64,000 bases of DNA from a virus. Made by a program: the position numbers and the translations under genes. The notes beneath the pieces are model-generated. The model had not been told where the DNA came from, ran no database searches, and saw nothing but the letters and a program-made list of their open reading frames with translations. Within the stretch, counting starts at the first letter, position 1, and each line of letters starts with the position of its first letter. The stretch spans positions 91,531 through 155,530 of the IMG/VR virus record IMGVR_UViG_3300008266_000014. One strand, 5' to 3'. Positions 46,623 through 57,997 of this stretch are shown here, in pieces.

Positions 46623-47275
46623 GAACAAAATACTTTGAGCATAATCCATTGCAGCGAATCGAGATACCGAGAATCGAAGTCAATGGCAAACGATATTATG
46701 TTACTCCTAACGGAGATCAATATAGATCTGTCACTACCGTATTGAGCAACCTTCCCAAAGAGGGTCTTGATAGGTGGCGCGAGATGGTTGGTGAAGAGGA
46801 AGCGACTCGTGTGATGAACAAAGCTGCAAGGCGAGGAACCAAACTTCACAGCATGATGGAAGATTATGTTGGAAACATAGAGGACTTTGCGTTGGGACGA
46901 ATGCCTAGTACTTTGTCCCTTTTTCTGGACATCCAACCATTTGTTGACGAACACGTTTCTGAGGTGTACGGTATTGAATATCCTTTGTTCTCAGATCGAT
47001 TGAGAGCTGCAGGAACATCAGATTTGATCTGCTTGTATGATGGAAAGCCAACTATTCTTGATTACAAGACATCAAATAAAAAGAAGAAAGTCGAGTGGAT
47101 CCATAATTATTTCATCCAGTCGACCGCATATTCTTTGATGGTGAAGGAACGATACGACATCGACATCGAGCAGATAGTAATTATGATTGCTGTTGATGAA
47201 GACAAACCTCAGGTGTTTGTGAGAGATCCAAATGAGTTCGTCAAAGAAACTATTGATATTTTTGATAACTACTAA
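46619..47275 (+). CDS. PD-(D/E)XK exonuclease (Cas4/RecB-like)
   Basis: SVTTVL, RGT.LH, AG..D, DYKTS, Q..AY. Confidence 0.9.
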   Translation: MRTKYFEHNPLQRIEIPRIEVNGKRYYVTPNGDQYRSVTTVLSNLPKEGLDRWREMVGEEEATRVMNKAARRGTKLHSMMEDYVGNIEDFALGRMPSTLSLFLDIQPFVDEHVSEVYGIEYPLFSDRLRAAGTSDLICLYDGKPTILDYKTSNKKKKVEWIHNYFIQSTAYSLMVKERYDIDIEQIVIMIAVDEDKPQVFVRDPNEFVKETIDIFDNY

Positions 47276-47660
47276 CCTCTTTGGTTGCGCGAGTACAAAG
47301 AATGAGCAGGGATCAATCTTAATGGAAGATGTAATTGTCGAGCGAACAACAGTACGGTCGACAAGACAAAACCCTCCTCCTGCAAAGGGCAGTGTTGTCA
47401 ATATCCAAGGTGACAACATCAATATTGGCACTCTTATCGTCAACTCACCAAACGCTCGAGTCGATAACTCCACAAGAGTGGTACAGGTTCAACAGAACTA
47501 CCAGTCCTCCAGAAATGTAAGACGTGAGTTTGAGAATCAATCCCACAGCGATCTCAGAGGCCCAGAGCCCCCAGCTAATTACCACAACGATAGAGACTTT
47601 TTCAAAAATATGGACTCAACACTAATGAGAATTATACCAAGCCTGATTATGATGCGATAA
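47232..47660 (+). CDS. Lipoprotein
   Basis: LFGC lipobox. Confidence 0.6.
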   Translation: MSSSKKLLIFLITTNLFGCASTKNEQGSILMEDVIVERTTVRSTRQNPPPAKGSVVNIQGDNINIGTLIVNSPNARVDNSTRVVQVQQNYQSSRNVRREFENQSHSDLRGPEPPANYHNDRDFFKNMDSTLMRIIPSLIMMR

Positions 47661-47682
47661 GAAGTTACTAGAAAAGTAACTG

Positions 47683-47711
47683 TTGACTTTATTTAATAAC
47701 AGGTTGAAGCT
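47683..47711 (+). promoter_or_regulatory. Putative early promoter
   Basis: TTGACT-N17-GAAGCT in an AT-rich gap before a strong GAGGAG RBS. Confidence 0.5.
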
Positions 47712-47762
47712 GCACTTGTAGTTTGAAGTTGTTATTTTATTAATAATTTATGAGGAGATGTA

Positions 47763-48263
47763 ATGAGCACTGTTGACGCAAAACAAGTTCTTTCTGACTA
47801 CGGCATCAAATCCTCTTCTGTTGGTGGCGCAATAAAACAAATAGGAGATACGATTGATGACTCGCGTGATCCTCTAGCATTATCAAACTCAATTATTAAT
47901 CAACTTGGAGGCATTGACCAGTACGATCTCACATCTGCAAAGATTATTGCCAAAGCTCTCATCGAGCAGGCAATGGTTCAAGATCAGTATGATACCACCA
48001 AGGCATCAGAGATTGCAGAAAGCAAGCTCGAAAAGATCCGTAAAGAGATGCCCTACGTCTTTACCAAGGCAGAAGAAGAGGCTGATGCTCAGCCTGCCAA
48101 GCAACAAAGCTCCTCGTCAAACGACAAGAAAGCAAAGGCAGAGGTGATCTTCAAGGCCAACAAACAACTTTCTAACGGTGATATTGCAAAGCTAATTCAA
48201 AAGGAATTGAATATCACATACGCTAACGCCTACTATTATGCCAGTAGAGTGTTCAAGCGATAA
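47763..48263 (+). CDS. Early protein with C-terminal HTH-like domain
   Basis: IAKLIQKELNITYANAYYY. Confidence 0.7.
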   Translation: MSTVDAKQVLSDYGIKSSSVGGAIKQIGDTIDDSRDPLALSNSIINQLGGIDQYDLTSAKIIAKALIEQAMVQDQYDTTKASEIAESKLEKIRKEMPYVFTKAEEEADAQPAKQQSSSSNDKKAKAEVIFKANKQLSNGDIAKLIQKELNITYANAYYYASRVFKR

Positions 48264-48272
48264 ACTCAACTC

Positions 48273-48295
48273 GCCCGACTCTGTCGGGCTTTTTT
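48273..48295 (+). terminator. Intrinsic terminator
   Basis: GCCCGAC-TCT-GTCGGGC followed by T6. Confidence 0.85.
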
Positions 48296-48307
48296 ATTGG
48301 AGAAGAT

Positions 48308-49038
48308 ATGTTTATTACACTGCAGCAAACTGATGATACATCTGTCACATTTAACGTAAATGAAATCGATTGGGTTCGTGAAGAAACAGGTTACCTTCGC
48401 CGATGCATTTTATCTTGCCGAGGAAAACTCTTCAACGTGAAAGAGTCTTATCTTGAACTCGTTGGTCAATTAAAAGGAATCACCGCTCATGGACAACGCT
48501 AGCGTAGATAAGGTAATAAATAGGCTGATGCAACTTCGGGAGTGGGAAGTGGTTATCAAGGTTCCAGACGACTTTTCGTTTTATGGTGTTGTTCCTTATA
48601 GTATGAACATCTCCAATGGTGTTGCATACGTTAAGGTCGTTGCAATGACTTTAGAAGAGGCAATGGAGAAAGCAAAAAGATATTTCGATGGGCCGCAAGA
48701 AGAAGATCAGACCTGAAAAGAAATGCCCCAGATGCGGTAATACACATACCAAGTCTGGGGCATTCTGTTCTTACGGATGTGCTAATGTAAGGCAGCACTC
48801 AGAGCAAGACAAACAAAACAAAGCTGCTGCTGTGGCAGCATATCATCGCACAGAAGCAGCAGAAGAGCATAAGTGGAAGTTGCAGTACATTGCTGCAGCA
48901 GCAAGAAGAACTCAGTTTGATTCAACAGTAGTGATGCCAAAAGAGGAAGACATGGGAATTCCTCTTCCCCCGAGCCAGTACGAGGATGACTTTGGCAGCA
49001 GAAAATCAGGTAGAGATATATGGTTTGATGCAGATTGA
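48308..49038 (+). CDS. Three small ORFs (48308-48502, 48489-48716, 48688-49038 zinc-finger)
   Basis: Overlapping tandem ORFs; the last has CPRC...FCS..C. Confidence 0.6.
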
Positions 49039-49063
49039 CCGCAATTCATGCGGTATTTGAGTG

Positions 49064-49092
49064 TTGACCAACTCGTTAGTACCTATGATAAT
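49064..49092 (+). promoter_or_regulatory. Putative early promoter
   Basis: TTGACC-N17-GATAAT, followed by an AGGAGG RBS. Confidence 0.65.
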
Positions 49093-49121
49093 GGCCTTAC
49101 TTACAACAGAAGGAGGACGTT

Positions 49122-50425
49122 ATGACTTTGTTAATGTTTGTTGTTCATATTGTAATGACTCTTGGAACGATCGTTTTGTTCTTGGCTCCTGTGGGTTATT
49201 TAATCGTTCGTGCGAAGCGCAAGAGTGGTGATCTACCGATCATGATGAGATTGCCTGATCGAGAGTACAAAGTAAATGTTCGTGCTGCAAAGGCATATCT
49301 TAAGTCTCGTGGTATTGTTTTGATCTAAGGAGGAATCATGGATCCGAATCAAGAACTAAGAATGATTGCAGAGGAGCGCATCGAGGAGATCGTCGACGCT
49401 ATGTATGATGAATATATTGACGAGCTCTGTGCACATAATGACATGATGGAGCTTGCTGCTCGTTCCTATGATATGGATGCAAGATCATACGGACAGTACT
49501 AATGGATATCACATTCATTACTATACTACTATCACTTGCAGTACTCATGGTGATAGCCTTACTGGCTGTGGCCTCCATCCTTGATGATATAGATAACGAT
49601 TTATGAAAAAGCCACTAATCCAAATTAACTTCTCACGACTGCTGGAAGACAAACGACTTGTGAATGATCACACGGTATATACAAGTTTGAAAGAAGCAGA
49701 GAAGCAGCTTGCGTTCTTCATCTTTAGTAAAGATATTTTCAATATTAAAGTTAAAAAGTTACCATGACCTACTCTCCTCCCATATACAATCCCGATCAGA
49801 TTGTAGCCAATAAAATCAGAACTCCAGATGGAACTATTCTTCAATCGTTCCACCGTCACGATTATAAAACTCATCTCGACAAGAATGGGTTTGAGTACAT
49901 GGTAGATGGTGGTCTTGATTACCTTCGCAGGAACGTAGCACCCGAGCCTTACGAAGATTTATCTGTTACACTGAGAGATGATTTCGAAAAGATTCGAGAG
50001 GCTTTTCACTGGGGTACAAGAGGTAGAGGTGGTAGAGAAGAGTTAAAGTGGAAGGCTTTGAAAGACCTTGATACAGACCACGTCGAGGCAATTCTTGAAA
50101 CACAAACTCATATCTCAGAGTGGTTGAGAGGTTTGTTTCTCTTAGAATTGAAATACCGCGCGAAGGAGAAAAGATGAAATCGCTCTGGAGAAAGAGACAA
50201 GTGCAGCCTGATCCAGTGTACTGGTCACATGGTGAGTTCGATGAGCATGGAGATTATCTTGTCACCATGACAGAAGACCAGATCATCGAGGAGTACTGGT
50301 GTCATTGGATGGAAAGAATGAGAGAGGTTGACAAGACTGATCAGATCAATAAAGAGAACTGTATTGATGATTGGAAAATTGGTCACTGGTCGTTCAGGTC
50401 AGATAAAGACGGAAATCCACTATGA
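49122..50425 (+). CDS. Cluster of small early ORFs (49122-49328, 49338-49502, 49764-50177, 50174-50425 and shorter)
   Basis: Strong RBSs on several; tandem packing; 49764 ORF has S.HRHDY..VDGG.DYLRR. Confidence 0.6.
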
Positions 50426-53059
50426 ACGAGAATGTTCGGTTCCTTGCTGAATGTGCTGACCTTAGATTAATTCACGAGGATGGTGATCACTACCAGATTT
50501 TTGCAGAGATGGTTGTTCGCGAGTGTCTTAATATGGTCCACTGCGCAGTACTCTCCAATACAGATCACTCTACATTAGACAAACAAATTCGAGATTACTT
50601 TGGAGTAAAAGATAATGATTACACTGGATGATGAAACTACAGATCGAATTACACTTCATTCCCTTCGAGAGCATAAACAAATACTAGAGAGCCAGCTTGT
50701 TGAGTATGAGCAGGGAAGCAAGTGGATGCATCTGGATGACGTCAGGTACAATAAAAAACTTGTGAAATCTTTTGCTAGACTCATTAAGTACTACGGAGGA
50801 GATAATGGATGAAAAGGTAAAGCAGCTTGCAGAGGAAGCTGGTTTTGTTTTTTGGCAAGATGAGATGTGGGCAGACAGCCAAGTAATCGATTGGTCCAGT
50901 AACTACGACAAAGAGATTGAAACCTTTGCTAGATTGATAGTCGACAAGTGCATTTCTATCTGTGAGGAAGGAACTCCTACACAGATGACGAGTAGAGGTG
51001 CTGCTCTCAGAATTAAACACTATTTTGGAGTTATCAATGAGTAAGTTTAGTTTCTGGGTACTTAAACATAGGTTGAAAATTGGATACACGATTGGTATCT
51101 TGAACATCTTCTGTGGATTGTTTAATATCGCAGTTGGAAGTGTCATTCCAGGTTTGTTCTGGAGTGCAGTTGGTGCTTTTATCATTTTTGATGTCAGGAG
51201 TTATCGATGACACTACTAGCTTGGACCACTTTCTTTTTTGGTGTGGCAGTAGGAGTTAGCATATCCATTGCAATAGTTCAATACACCTTTTGGTCTTTAC
51301 GGAAATAAAATGGAAGTGTGGATTCTTGTTTTGATCACTCAGCTCGGTCCAAATAAGATCTTGTATGACCCTTACCTCGAGACAAGAAATGAGCAAGATT
51401 GTATCAAACAATCTCAGTTCGTTTCTTTGAGGCAACCAGAAGTAAAAACAATCTGTGTGAAGAAAAAATGAACAGAAAATACGAATGGCGTGAGAGAAAT
51501 TCCAAATGGTACTATTTTGATACCGAAACCGGAATGATCGTAGGTTCATCTTTCAAGCTCGCACTACAAGACATATATGCATCTGTTGTCAATACTGGTA
51601 ACTATGAATACTCTTTCAAGTTAGATGATGAAAAAGCTCTTGGTCATTATCTTGAACAAGATTTTGCCAAAAAGGCAGTAGAGAAGTACTGGGACATTCA
51701 GTGTAGGACACTAATAGAATGAATGATTTAATTCGAGAACTTTCTGAACAGGCTGAAAAGTATGCTGATGATAACTTTAGAGGTGAACCCACCTGGTCTG
51801 AAGCATTTGAATCAAAGTTCGCCGAGTTGATTGTGAAAGAATGTGCATCATTATTTCCACTGACGTTTACTGACGAGCAGTATCAGCGTAGAATAGATAA
51901 GACTATTAAAAAGCATTTCGGAGTTGAATGATGGTTGATGTTTATGACCGCAAATCTAAATGGATAGATCTGAAACCATACTGTCATCACTCCAAGGATG
52001 ATGCATTCATGGAGATGGTTGAGTGGAGTAATGGTGAAGGGTTTGATATTACTATCGAGTCTCGAGGCAAGGAGCAGATATCAATGACTTGGGGTCAATG
52101 GGATGCTCTTCAAGTACTTGTAGCTTACAGAGAGCAAAATAAATGAACGAACGAATTCAAAAACTTGCCCATGAAGCTGGATTGCCCACATACAACCCTG
52201 ATGGTATCCCAACCAAACTGGAAAAGTTCGCCGAGTTGATTGTGCGAGAATGTGTTGCTATTTGCCAAGACATTGATGGTGAAGATAACACGGATGCCAG
52301 GTCAGGTAGGCAGGATTGTGCTGTGGAGATTCGAGAACATTTCGGATTAGAGCAAATTAGAAAATGTGATGTTTGTGATTGCATGTATCCTTGCTCCACA
52401 TCAAGAAACGAAAAACCATGGGACTAATCAATGAACAAGAATCTCAAATTGATAGCAGAAAGAGCAAGAGGATCTGTTCCTTCTGGCTTGACAACTGATC
52501 AATGGATTGAATACTATAATCAATCGTTTGCAGAGTTGATTGTAAATGAGTGTGCTGCTCAATGTGAGGTTGCTGGTGATTTTGTTCTTGCAGAGCAGAT
52601 GAGACAATGGTTTGGAGTGGGGGTGCACAATGAATCGTGAGTTAGTTTTCAACATCCTTAAAGAAACAAAGATGGTGAATACTTTTTCAGAGGAGTATAA
52701 AGAAGGTTTCAATGATTGCTATTGGCAGCTAGTAGAAAAATTCGAAGAGTATTTTCAAAATTTAGAAAAGCAATATGAATAAACTGATAAAAGACCTTGC
52801 CGACAAGTGCTGGGATCATCGAGTGCAGGGTCGTCTCATCGATGGTCAGCTTCATTTCGACTATGAAAAATTTGCAGAGATGATTGCTCTTGAGTGTGCT
52901 GCTGCATGCGGCAGTCAGGCAGACAAGAAGAACATTCGCAAGATGTTTGGTCTGCCTGTTGAGTCTAATGTGCAGTACGAGGGACCAGACGCACACGGAT
53001 CAATTACAAGCCAGTACACAAGAGAGTACAACTTGCCAAGAGACACTAAAAAAGATTAG
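50422..53059 (+). repeat. Array of six paralogous small ORFs (50422, 50805, 51719, 52143, 52431, 52775) interleaved with unrelated small ORFs
   Basis: Shared MN(E/K)....LA..A ... FAELIV.EC ... I..HFG(V/L) frame. Confidence 0.8.
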
Positions 53060-53092
53060 TAGTCATTGCTTTTTTAGTAACTTTATTTTCAG

Positions 53093-53118
53093 AAACCCGT
53101 ATTTACTGCGGGTTTTTT
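53093..53118 (+). terminator. Intrinsic terminator
   Basis: AAACCCGTA-TTTAC-TGCGGGTTTTTT. Confidence 0.7.
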
Positions 53119-53198
53119 GTTGTTGCCCAAGTTTGAATTTGACCTGAATATCCTCTTCACCGAAACGATATTCGGTTGGCAAACAAACAGGAGGAAGT

Positions 53199-53635
53199 AT
53201 GGGTTCCAAGATCTGGGAAAATCTTACCGAGCAGCAGAAGCGTGAAGTTCGCATGTACGGTGTCACAGTAGAAGGGATGAGAGAAGCGATTGAAAGAAGT
53301 TCTACGTTCAAGTTCTCTGGTCCTGCAATGGTTGCTGCTGGTATGATGTCTGATGCTCAAGAGATGTTGGCGCACGACAATGGTGGTCAGTATGATATGA
53401 TGATCATTGAAGACATTCGTCAGTTGTTGAATCGTGCAAAGTGGGTTTTGTTCACATATGTCAAAGAGGAGGCATAATCATGACCAAAGATGAAATCATT
53501 ACCGAGATGGAATATCTTCGCAAGAAGAACGAACACTGGAAGTCTTGCCAGGATGGGAGCTACGAGATGGCTCTCGACGCGAGTGGATACTATCGTTTGA
53601 TGAAACTACTAGATCAATATAAAGAGGAGGCGTAA
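53199..53635 (+). CDS. Two small early ORFs (53199-53477, 53480-53635)
   Basis: AGGAGG/GAGGAGG RBSs; both end in KEEA. Confidence 0.65.
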
Positions 53636-54117
53636 TGAGTTCTTTGCGTGTAGATCCGATTACATTCATCTCTAAGAGAGAGTGTGGGGATTGTAAGTCT
53701 TGCTGTGAGGGTTGGCTAGCTGGTGAGATTTATGACATAAGAATGTTTCCTGGTACTCCATGTCATTTCTCATGCGAGACTGGCTGTTCAATATATGAAA
53801 ACCGTCCTCAAGATCCATGTAGGTCGTTCGATTGTTTGTGGAAATCCAACAATACAGTTCCTTCATGGATGAAACCGAATAAATCAAAAGTTATTTTAGT
53901 AATGAGGACTACACCAGAGGGAATTAATTACATGCAGGCCCACTCTACTGGTGAGAAAATTAGTGTTGAAGTAATGAGTTGGTTATTCAGACAGTACGCT
54001 TATAATTCCGTCAATATTGTGTACGACGTTGACGGATCTGTAAACTATTTCGGGAACGCTGATTTTATTAAGTCGATGGAAGATGGAGTAGCAAAAACAA
54101 AAAAGGAGACGATATGA
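53635..54117 (+). CDS. YkgJ-like Cys-cluster (CxxCxxCC) protein
   Basis: CGDCKSCC...C.F....GCSIYE.RP..PC..F.C.W. Confidence 0.8.
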   Translation: MSSLRVDPITFISKRECGDCKSCCEGWLAGEIYDIRMFPGTPCHFSCETGCSIYENRPQDPCRSFDCLWKSNNTVPSWMKPNKSKVILVMRTTPEGINYMQAHSTGEKISVEVMSWLFRQYAYNSVNIVYDVDGSVNYFGNADFIKSMEDGVAKTKKETI

Positions 54118-54329
54118 CACGCGATAAGGCACTTAGCATTGTTCTTCGTATTCAAGAAGACATGGGTGAGCGGTTGCTAGAAACACTCACCTACATGTAC
54201 GATAACCTCGCTGATTTCGATTACGAAGAGCAAGTGGCGTTTCGAATCGTATACAGAGACTTCAGAAAAATGTTTCAACCAAAAGGAGGGTACGATAATG
54301 ATGAATCCGTGGGTGTGGACTGTGTTTGA
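54114..54329 (+). CDS. Small hypothetical protein
   Basis: AGGAG RBS. Confidence 0.55.
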   Translation: MTRDKALSIVLRIQEDMGERLLETLTYMYDNLADFDYEEQVAFRIVYRDFRKMFQPKGGYDNDESVGVDCV

Positions 54330-54726
54330 ATTGATGACGTTTCCGTTTGACAATACGATGATTCAGATTGCAAGGACGTATCGACTTGCCAGTACTGAGG
54401 AGTTAGTCGAGGAGACGAAGCAGGTTGTGATGGAACGAGGGTTCAGTTCAATCTTCTAGTGAGGATATATGTTTAATTTTATGGTTGGTACCATTTTTGG
54501 TATCGTCGTGAGTGCGGTAGGATTCTCTACTCTCGCTAGTATTGCAGACAGTGGAGTGCACAAGGTCCAGCAGGCAACTAAACAAGTGGTGAAGTGATGT
54601 TTACAGTATATATTTACGACACGAACTGGATCTCGGTTGCCATAGTCGAGCATGTAGAAGAGAAGGAGCTCGACAAGATGGTAAAGAAGTTAAAGAAGAG
54701 TGGGTTCAACGTCAATGCAGTACAAG

Positions 54727-54803
54727 GTGAGAGTGGCCGAGCGGTCTAAGGCGACAGTCTGCAAAACTGTTCTTCGTGGGTTCGAATCCCACCTCTCATT
54801 CCA
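54727..54803 (+). tRNA. tRNA-Cys (GCA)
   Basis: GTGAGAG/CTCTCAT acceptor, ACAGT-CTGCAAA-ACTGT, TTCGAAT, U73 discriminator, CCA. Confidence 0.95.
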
Positions 54804-54818
54804 ACCACGAGGAGAAGG

Positions 54819-55299
54819 TTGATGACAGCGATATGTGAATTAAACTACATTAATCGAGTGGTTCGCAGCGAGATTGAATATGTTCTTGGAAATTATCTTG
54901 ATGAGGATGAGGTTGCGAAGCTGCTCGCACCAATTTACAGTAGGGTAAAGATGCTTATTGATGAGGCGGAGATGGAATTTCCTGAATACAACTGGACTGA
55001 CCGCTCCTTGGCTAATGTTTTGAAAAGATCTTTAGGAAGGATTTGAAATGTTTAAGAATAGTTCGGCCAGACACAGTCGTGAAGAAGTAAGAGGCATGGT
55101 TGAGAAGTTTGTCACCACAGCAAGAGAAGTGCACGGTGAATCGTATCTCGTAGGGTATTTGAGTTCGATGGTGGGTACATTGATCATTAACACGACTGAT
55201 TTTGAACACGACGTAACATACAATCAGTTGAAGAGGCACGTCTCAGATCTGCACGAGACGAGTCACAATCGATTGATGCGTGAAAGGAAGGCAGCATGA
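54819..55299 (+). CDS. Two small ORFs (54819-55046, 55048-55299)
   Basis: RBSs, tandem arrangement. Confidence 0.6.
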
Positions 55300-55426
55300 T
55301 GATCATGGGAAGTGCATGGCCTTGGGCAATGTTTGGTGGATTGATCTTTTGTGCTATCGCATATGTTATTGAGAAGAACATTACGTACTGATTACCTCCT
55401 CCTGCTGCGGTTGATTGCAGCTTTTT

Positions 55427-55455
55427 CACCCCGACTCCGCTCGGGGTGTTTTTTT
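55427..55455 (+). terminator. Intrinsic terminator
   Basis: CACCCCGA...TCGGGGTG followed by T7. Confidence 0.85.
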
Positions 55456-55466
55456 AGGAAAAGAAA

Positions 55467-56054
55467 ATGCCGTTAGTTGAAACTTGGTTTCCTGTGTCAA
55501 TTTACATGGAGAAGGAATTGATCTCCGAAGTAGAGAGTGAATCCTTACTGAAACACTGTTTGAATATTCGGTCTTCGGAATTTTCTATAGACGAGGAGAT
55601 TGGCTGGATAGGAGGTACATTCAGTACATATGGAACGTATAATCTTTCAGAAGACAGGCGATTTGATAATTTGTTCGGTCTTATAACTGAGCATGTCAAT
55701 AATTTCGCTTCAATGCACGGATCAAAATCAAAGTATAAAATAGCAAATTCCTGGGTAAACATAAACACAAGAGGGACCTTTCAAGAGTTTCATGCTCATG
55801 CTGGGTCTGTCTTTAGCTGTGCGTTTTATCTATCTGCACCAATAGGATCTGGCAGAATCATTTTTGAAGATCCAAAACAACCAGATATGTGTCCGCTGAG
55901 GGAGATAGAAGAAGAGACTCAACTGAGCTTTGGGAGAGCAAGCTACCACGCAGAGCAAGGAACACTACTAATTTTTAGATCGTATCTCAGGCACATGGTA
56001 GAGCCAGGAAGTAATGAAGAGCCAAGAGTCTCTCTATCCGCTAACTTTGTTTAG
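55467..56054 (+). CDS. 2OG-Fe(II) oxygenase (TIGR02466-like)
   Basis: SWVN....H.H..S.FS..FY, F.DP, LIF.SYL.H.V, R.S.S.N. Confidence 0.88.
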   Translation: MPLVETWFPVSIYMEKELISEVESESLLKHCLNIRSSEFSIDEEIGWIGGTFSTYGTYNLSEDRRFDNLFGLITEHVNNFASMHGSKSKYKIANSWVNINTRGTFQEFHAHAGSVFSCAFYLSAPIGSGRIIFEDPKQPDMCPLREIEEETQLSFGRASYHAEQGTLLIFRSYLRHMVEPGSNEEPRVSLSANFV

Positions 56055-56081
56055 TTACTATTTTTGTAAGAAAACCAGTAG

Positions 56082-56110
56082 TTGACCGAGAATCGATTTT
56101 TGATGACAAT
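56082..56110 (+). promoter_or_regulatory. Putative early promoter
   Basis: TTGACC-N17-GACAAT. Confidence 0.65.
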
Positions 56111-56150
56111 CTTCTTGTGGTTATGAAATTCACTTGAGGAGATCTATATC

Positions 56151-56783
56151 ATGGACATCGGATTTGCAAAGACAGATGCAGGGCGTGTCGCAGCAGGGTT
56201 TATTTCAGAGAATAATGATTGTGCAGTGAGAGCATGGTCGATCTTTTATGATATTCCGTACAGTGAAGCGCATTGGATTCTTGAGAAAAAAGGAAGAAGG
56301 ACTGGCAAGGGAATTTCGACCATCAATCTCAGATATGCACTTCATGAGCACGGAGCCGTGTGTCAGCTCGGGAATCACTATCCCAACATTCGTAATGCAT
56401 CGATCACTCTCAATCAGTTGATCAAGAGGTTTCCCACTGGCAAGATCTATTGTATGAAGAGAGGTCATGCGTTCACCGTGATTGATGGGGTTGTGCATGA
56501 TCTTTCGAAGGTAGGGAAGAAGACGAGAGTGTTTGCGTTCTTTACTCCTCCTGGAACGGAGTACGTTGATTTCCGTGCGGAGAAAAGAGCAAAGCAAAGA
56601 GAGAGGCAGAGGAAGCCATCTAGTCAGTGGATCAGAAGGACGATTGCAAAGATCGTCAACGAGAATCCTGGTTTTAGTGATTACAGGGTTGCTAAAATAG
56701 TAAGTGCTGAGTTATCGATCACGATAGGTTCAGCCAATTATCACGTCACAAAGTATTCGAAATGTCAATTGACCAAGAATTGA
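56151..56783 (+). CDS. Early protein with DCAVRA/GH motif domain and C-terminal HTH-like domain
   Basis: NDCAVRA...RGHAF.V.DG; VAKIVSAELSITIGSANYH. Confidence 0.7.
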   Translation: MDIGFAKTDAGRVAAGFISENNDCAVRAWSIFYDIPYSEAHWILEKKGRRTGKGISTINLRYALHEHGAVCQLGNHYPNIRNASITLNQLIKRFPTGKIYCMKRGHAFTVIDGVVHDLSKVGKKTRVFAFFTPPGTEYVDFRAEKRAKQRERQRKPSSQWIRRTIAKIVNENPGFSDYRVAKIVSAELSITIGSANYHVTKYSKCQLTKN

Positions 56784-56797
56784 GATTTGAGGACACT
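56769..56797 (+). promoter_or_regulatory. Putative early promoter
   Basis: TTGACC-N17-GACACT, followed by AGGAGG. Confidence 0.6.
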
Positions 56798-56826
56798 GAG
56801 GGCTCTGAAAACAAAAGGAGGTTGAC

Positions 56827-57997
56827 ATGAAAGATTATGAAAAGATTAAGGAAGCTCTGGCAGCCGTGGACAAGGCGCTCGTGGCACTCGTTTTCACAGA
56901 GGGATATGGATCAGTGAAGGCAGAGTTAGAGAATTGTGCTTCGGAGTTGCAGAGTGAGATTTGGGCGTTGGAAGACATGATGGCGTATGAGCTTGATTTG
57001 ATGAAAGAGGAGATGGCGCATGACAATCGTTATTAATTCCGTGCAGCAGCAGATTCTTGATAAGCTAGCCGAGATCAAGAATCTGCTCGAGTTTGCGACA
57101 GTTGATGGACAGCCTTTTGATGATGTGTTGGTCGAGGCAGGAAGTAATTGGGCAAAGAACATCGAATTCTCGCTCAATGAGCTTTACAATGAAGTTGAAT
57201 ATTACATTGATAACTGAGGAGACAGACATGCTAGTAGATCAGATCACATCAAGTTTTGAGCGTGTTTATATTGGTAAGGCAGGTCACTGCTGCTGTGGGT
57301 GTGCTGGTGACTATTTTGACGATGACGCATCGAAGCAGTTAGTGATTGGAAAGATTTTGGCGTCGCAGAACGTAGAGGATCTTGATGTTTGTATCAACAC
57401 GACGATTGGCAAGAAGCTCTATATTGCGTACAGGACTGATGAGTCGATGAGGAAGATGGGTATTTTGCCTCAGAATGATTCCGTTGCGTGCTAGGAGAAT
57501 GAAAATGAACATTATTCCTGTTGACAGAGCAGGTCAATACAAGATGGCAACACTCAGCAATTACACCAAGGATCAGATCGAGCAAATACTTGGATTCGCT
57601 CCTAACATCAAGGATGATCCATCGAAGGTATCGTACAGCTGGGGGTTCACAATAGATGGAGAGCTGTGCGGGATTTGGGATTATTATCACTCGCACAATC
57701 AAAATGAATGGTCGGTCTTTGGTCCTATCTCTACTCTTCAGAAGTTATTTGGCTTTACCAATTTGACAAGCTGAAGGAGAAGATCAAATGACCACCATAG
57801 AATTACTAGAGACAGCAGAAGAATTCGCAACAACCCATGACATGCATGCTGAGTTCGTCAGACAGTACGTATCACTAAGAGAAGTTAACGGAATTGAGTT
57901 CTCTGCAATATGCGCCCTGCAGAAGATAGGCCTCTTTGACTCATTCTTCAAAGAGAAAATGCAGCACGCAATACAAAGAACCCAGATCCTCTCCTGA
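56827..57997 (+). CDS. Five small early ORFs (56827-57036, 57020-57217, 57228-57494, about 57499-57774, 57788-57997)
   Basis: Each has a GGAG RBS; mostly acidic. Confidence 0.65.

Noticed and set aside
46619-47275. Cas4 / CRISPR system
   Set aside because: Common stand-alone phage PD-(D/E)XK exonuclease; no repeat-spacer array or other cas genes seen.
50422-53059. Diversity-generating retroelement behind the paralog array
   Set aside because: No reverse transcriptase in the window and no template/variable repeat pair differing only at adenines was seen.
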